Positions 40,410 through 41,363 of a stretch of 41,363 bases of DNA are shown here, in pieces. The first letter of the stretch is position 1; every line of letters starts with the position of its first letter. The notes below the pieces were generated by a model. That model worked only from the letters and a program-made list of their open reading frames with translations, was not told the origin of the DNA and made no database searches. The stretch lies in the IMG/VR virus record IMGVR_UViG_3300045988_121266; one strand, given 5' to 3'. A program made the position numbers and the translations under genes. Origin of the DNA: a virus.

Positions 40410-41363
40410 AAAGATCACAAATCTGAAGAAAAAGATCCAAGATATGAAGAAAAGCCGTCTGCAGACAGTATATAACCAAATATTCAAGTTCAAACCGTTC
40501 TCAAAAAAGCAGAAACAGGTGCTGACATGGTGGTGTGCGACGTCGCCCGTAAAAGATTACGATGGGATTATAGCAGATGGAGCTATCCGATCGGGAAAGA
40601 CAGTATGTATGTCGCTATCCTACGTGATGTGGGCGATGGAAACGTTCAACGGACAGAATTTCGCCATGTGCGGGAAAACCATCGGATCATTTCGAAGGAA
40701 TGTACTGTTTTGGCTAAAACTCATGCTAAAGGCAAGAGGCTACGGTGTGGTAGACCACAGAGCCGACAACCTGATAGTGATCACAAGAGGAAAAACGACC
40801 AATAACTTCTACATATTCGGTGGAAGGGACGAAAGCTCCCAGGACCTGATACAGGGAATCACACTGGCAGGAGTCTTCTTTGATGAAGTGGCGCTTATGC
40901 CGGAAAGTTTTGTGAATCAGGCTACTGGCCGATGTTCGGTAGATGGATCGAAGTTCTGGTTTAACTGCAACCCTTCCGGACCTTACCATTGGTTTAAGGT
41001 CAATTGGATAGACAGAGCCGTTGGATACATTGGAAAAGAACGGGCAGCAGAGTTAAGGGCGAAAGATGAACCGGTCAAGAATATCCTATACGCACATTTC
41101 GTAATGGACGATAACCTGAGCCTCAGTGAAAAGATCAAAGAAAGATACCGGAATACATACAGAGGAGTATTCTACAAGCGTTACATTCTCGGCCTGTGGG
41201 CGATGGCAGAAGGTGTTATCTATGACATGTTCGATAATGAAAAGCATGTGGAAGATCCGAATGCATTCCAAACAAAGCTGATAAATAGCAATAGATACGT
41301 TAGTTGCGATTACGGAACACAGAATGCCACAGTTTTTCTGCTGTGGAACAAAGGAACAGACGG
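40402..41363 (+). CDS. terL: Terminase large subunit, N-terminal ATPase part (runs off the 3' end and continues at 1..497)
   Basis: ATG 40402 overlaps the terS stop. Walker A is DGAIRSGKT and Walker B is LAGVFFDE. Other segments are KFWFNCNPSGPYHWF and CDYGTQNATVFLLW. There is no stop before the end of the window. Confidence 0.9.
   Translation, partial: MYEKITNLKKKIQDMKKSRLQTVYNQIFKFKPFSKKQKQVLTWWCATSPVKDYDGIIADGAIRSGKTVCMSLSYVMWAMETFNGQNFAMCGKTIGSFRRNVLFWLKLMLKARGYGVVDHRADNLIVITRGKTTNNFYIFGGRDESSQDLIQGITLAGVFFDEVALMPESFVNQATGRCSVDGSKFWFNCNPSGPYHWFKVNWIDRAVGYIGKERAAELRAKDEPVKNILYAHFVMDDNLSLSEKIKERYRNTYRGVFYKRYILGLWAMAEGVIYDMFDNEKHVEDPNAFQTKLINSNRYVSCDYGTQNATVFLLWNKGTD
41309..41363 (+). repeat. 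55-bp terminal direct repeat (identical to 1..55); circular-assembly overlap
   Basis: ATTACGGAACACAGAATGCCACAGTTTTTCTGCTGTGGAACAAAGGAACAGACGG is present at both ends and lies inside the terL reading frame. Confidence 0.95.

Noticed and set aside
40535-40548. The intragenic palindrome-like copy GTGCGACGTCGCCC in terL as a fifth regulatory site or pac site.
   Set aside because: One half-site is degenerate, it lies in coding sequence (WCATSP), and no RBS follows. It is kept only as a note, because a pac-related role cannot be tested from sequence alone.
41309-41363. The terminal 55-bp repeat as genuine phage direct terminal repeats or cos ends.
   Set aside because: It lies in the middle of the terL reading frame and joins it perfectly. 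An exact overlap of this kind is what a circular assembly produces.
1-41363. CRISPR arrays, a reverse transcriptase/DGR or retron, rRNA or tRNA genes, and transposase/IS elements.
   Set aside because: None was recognised by eye. There is no repeat-spacer structure, no YxDD-containing ORF and no transposase-like ORF. A tRNAscan, Infernal or HMM run would be needed to exclude them formally.

Overview
The window is a complete, circularly permuted genome of a temperate siphovirus-type phage. Bases 1-55 are identical to 41309-41363, which gives a 41,308-bp unit, and the junction falls inside the terminase large-subunit gene. Signals point to a Firmicutes/Clostridia host: strong GGAGG-type ribosome-binding sites (RBS), a ChW-repeat endolysin, a Prp-type protease and a large serine integrase.

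Gene order on the + strand:
- terL C-terminus, SPP1-like portal, MuF/gp7 head protein fused to a JAB-like domain.
- A small accessory island, then a Prp-like protease, scaffold and major capsid.
- Connector and tail-completion genes, major tail protein, G/GT chaperone with a U UUU UUA -1 slippery site.
- A 999-aa tape measure, Dit, and a 1128-aa Tal/fibre with collagen-like repeats.
- An AT-rich membrane-protein moron, then the lysis cassette (holin plus amidase with 6 ChW repeats).

Next comes a candidate attP and a minus-strand lysogeny/accessory block. This block holds the serine integrase, an AT-rich 3-gene cassette (GHKL-ATPase / STAS-like DUF4325 / PIN nuclease), hicAB, an XRE regulator, a lipoprotein, and an ImmA/ImmR-like pair facing a Cro-like gene across a four-operator switch.

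The early region carries an HUH rolling-circle Rep, an RNase H-like gene with an in-frame TGA, PcfK/PcfJ-like genes, YopX and many small ORFs. A late-regulator-like gene and a strong terminator lie upstream of terS-terL.

The most interesting candidate for an undescribed system is the partner-switching-like GHKL/STAS/PIN cassette at 22247-24087. Other notable signals:
- A recurrent palindrome, GTGCGA-NN-TCGCAC, just upstream of several RBSs.
- A phage-encoded Prp protease with L27-like cleavage leaders on scaffold, capsid and tail-tube proteins.
- The MuF-JAB fusion followed by tandem small paralogues.

No rRNA, tRNA or CRISPR array was recognised. All family assignments are by-eye motif recognition without database searches.
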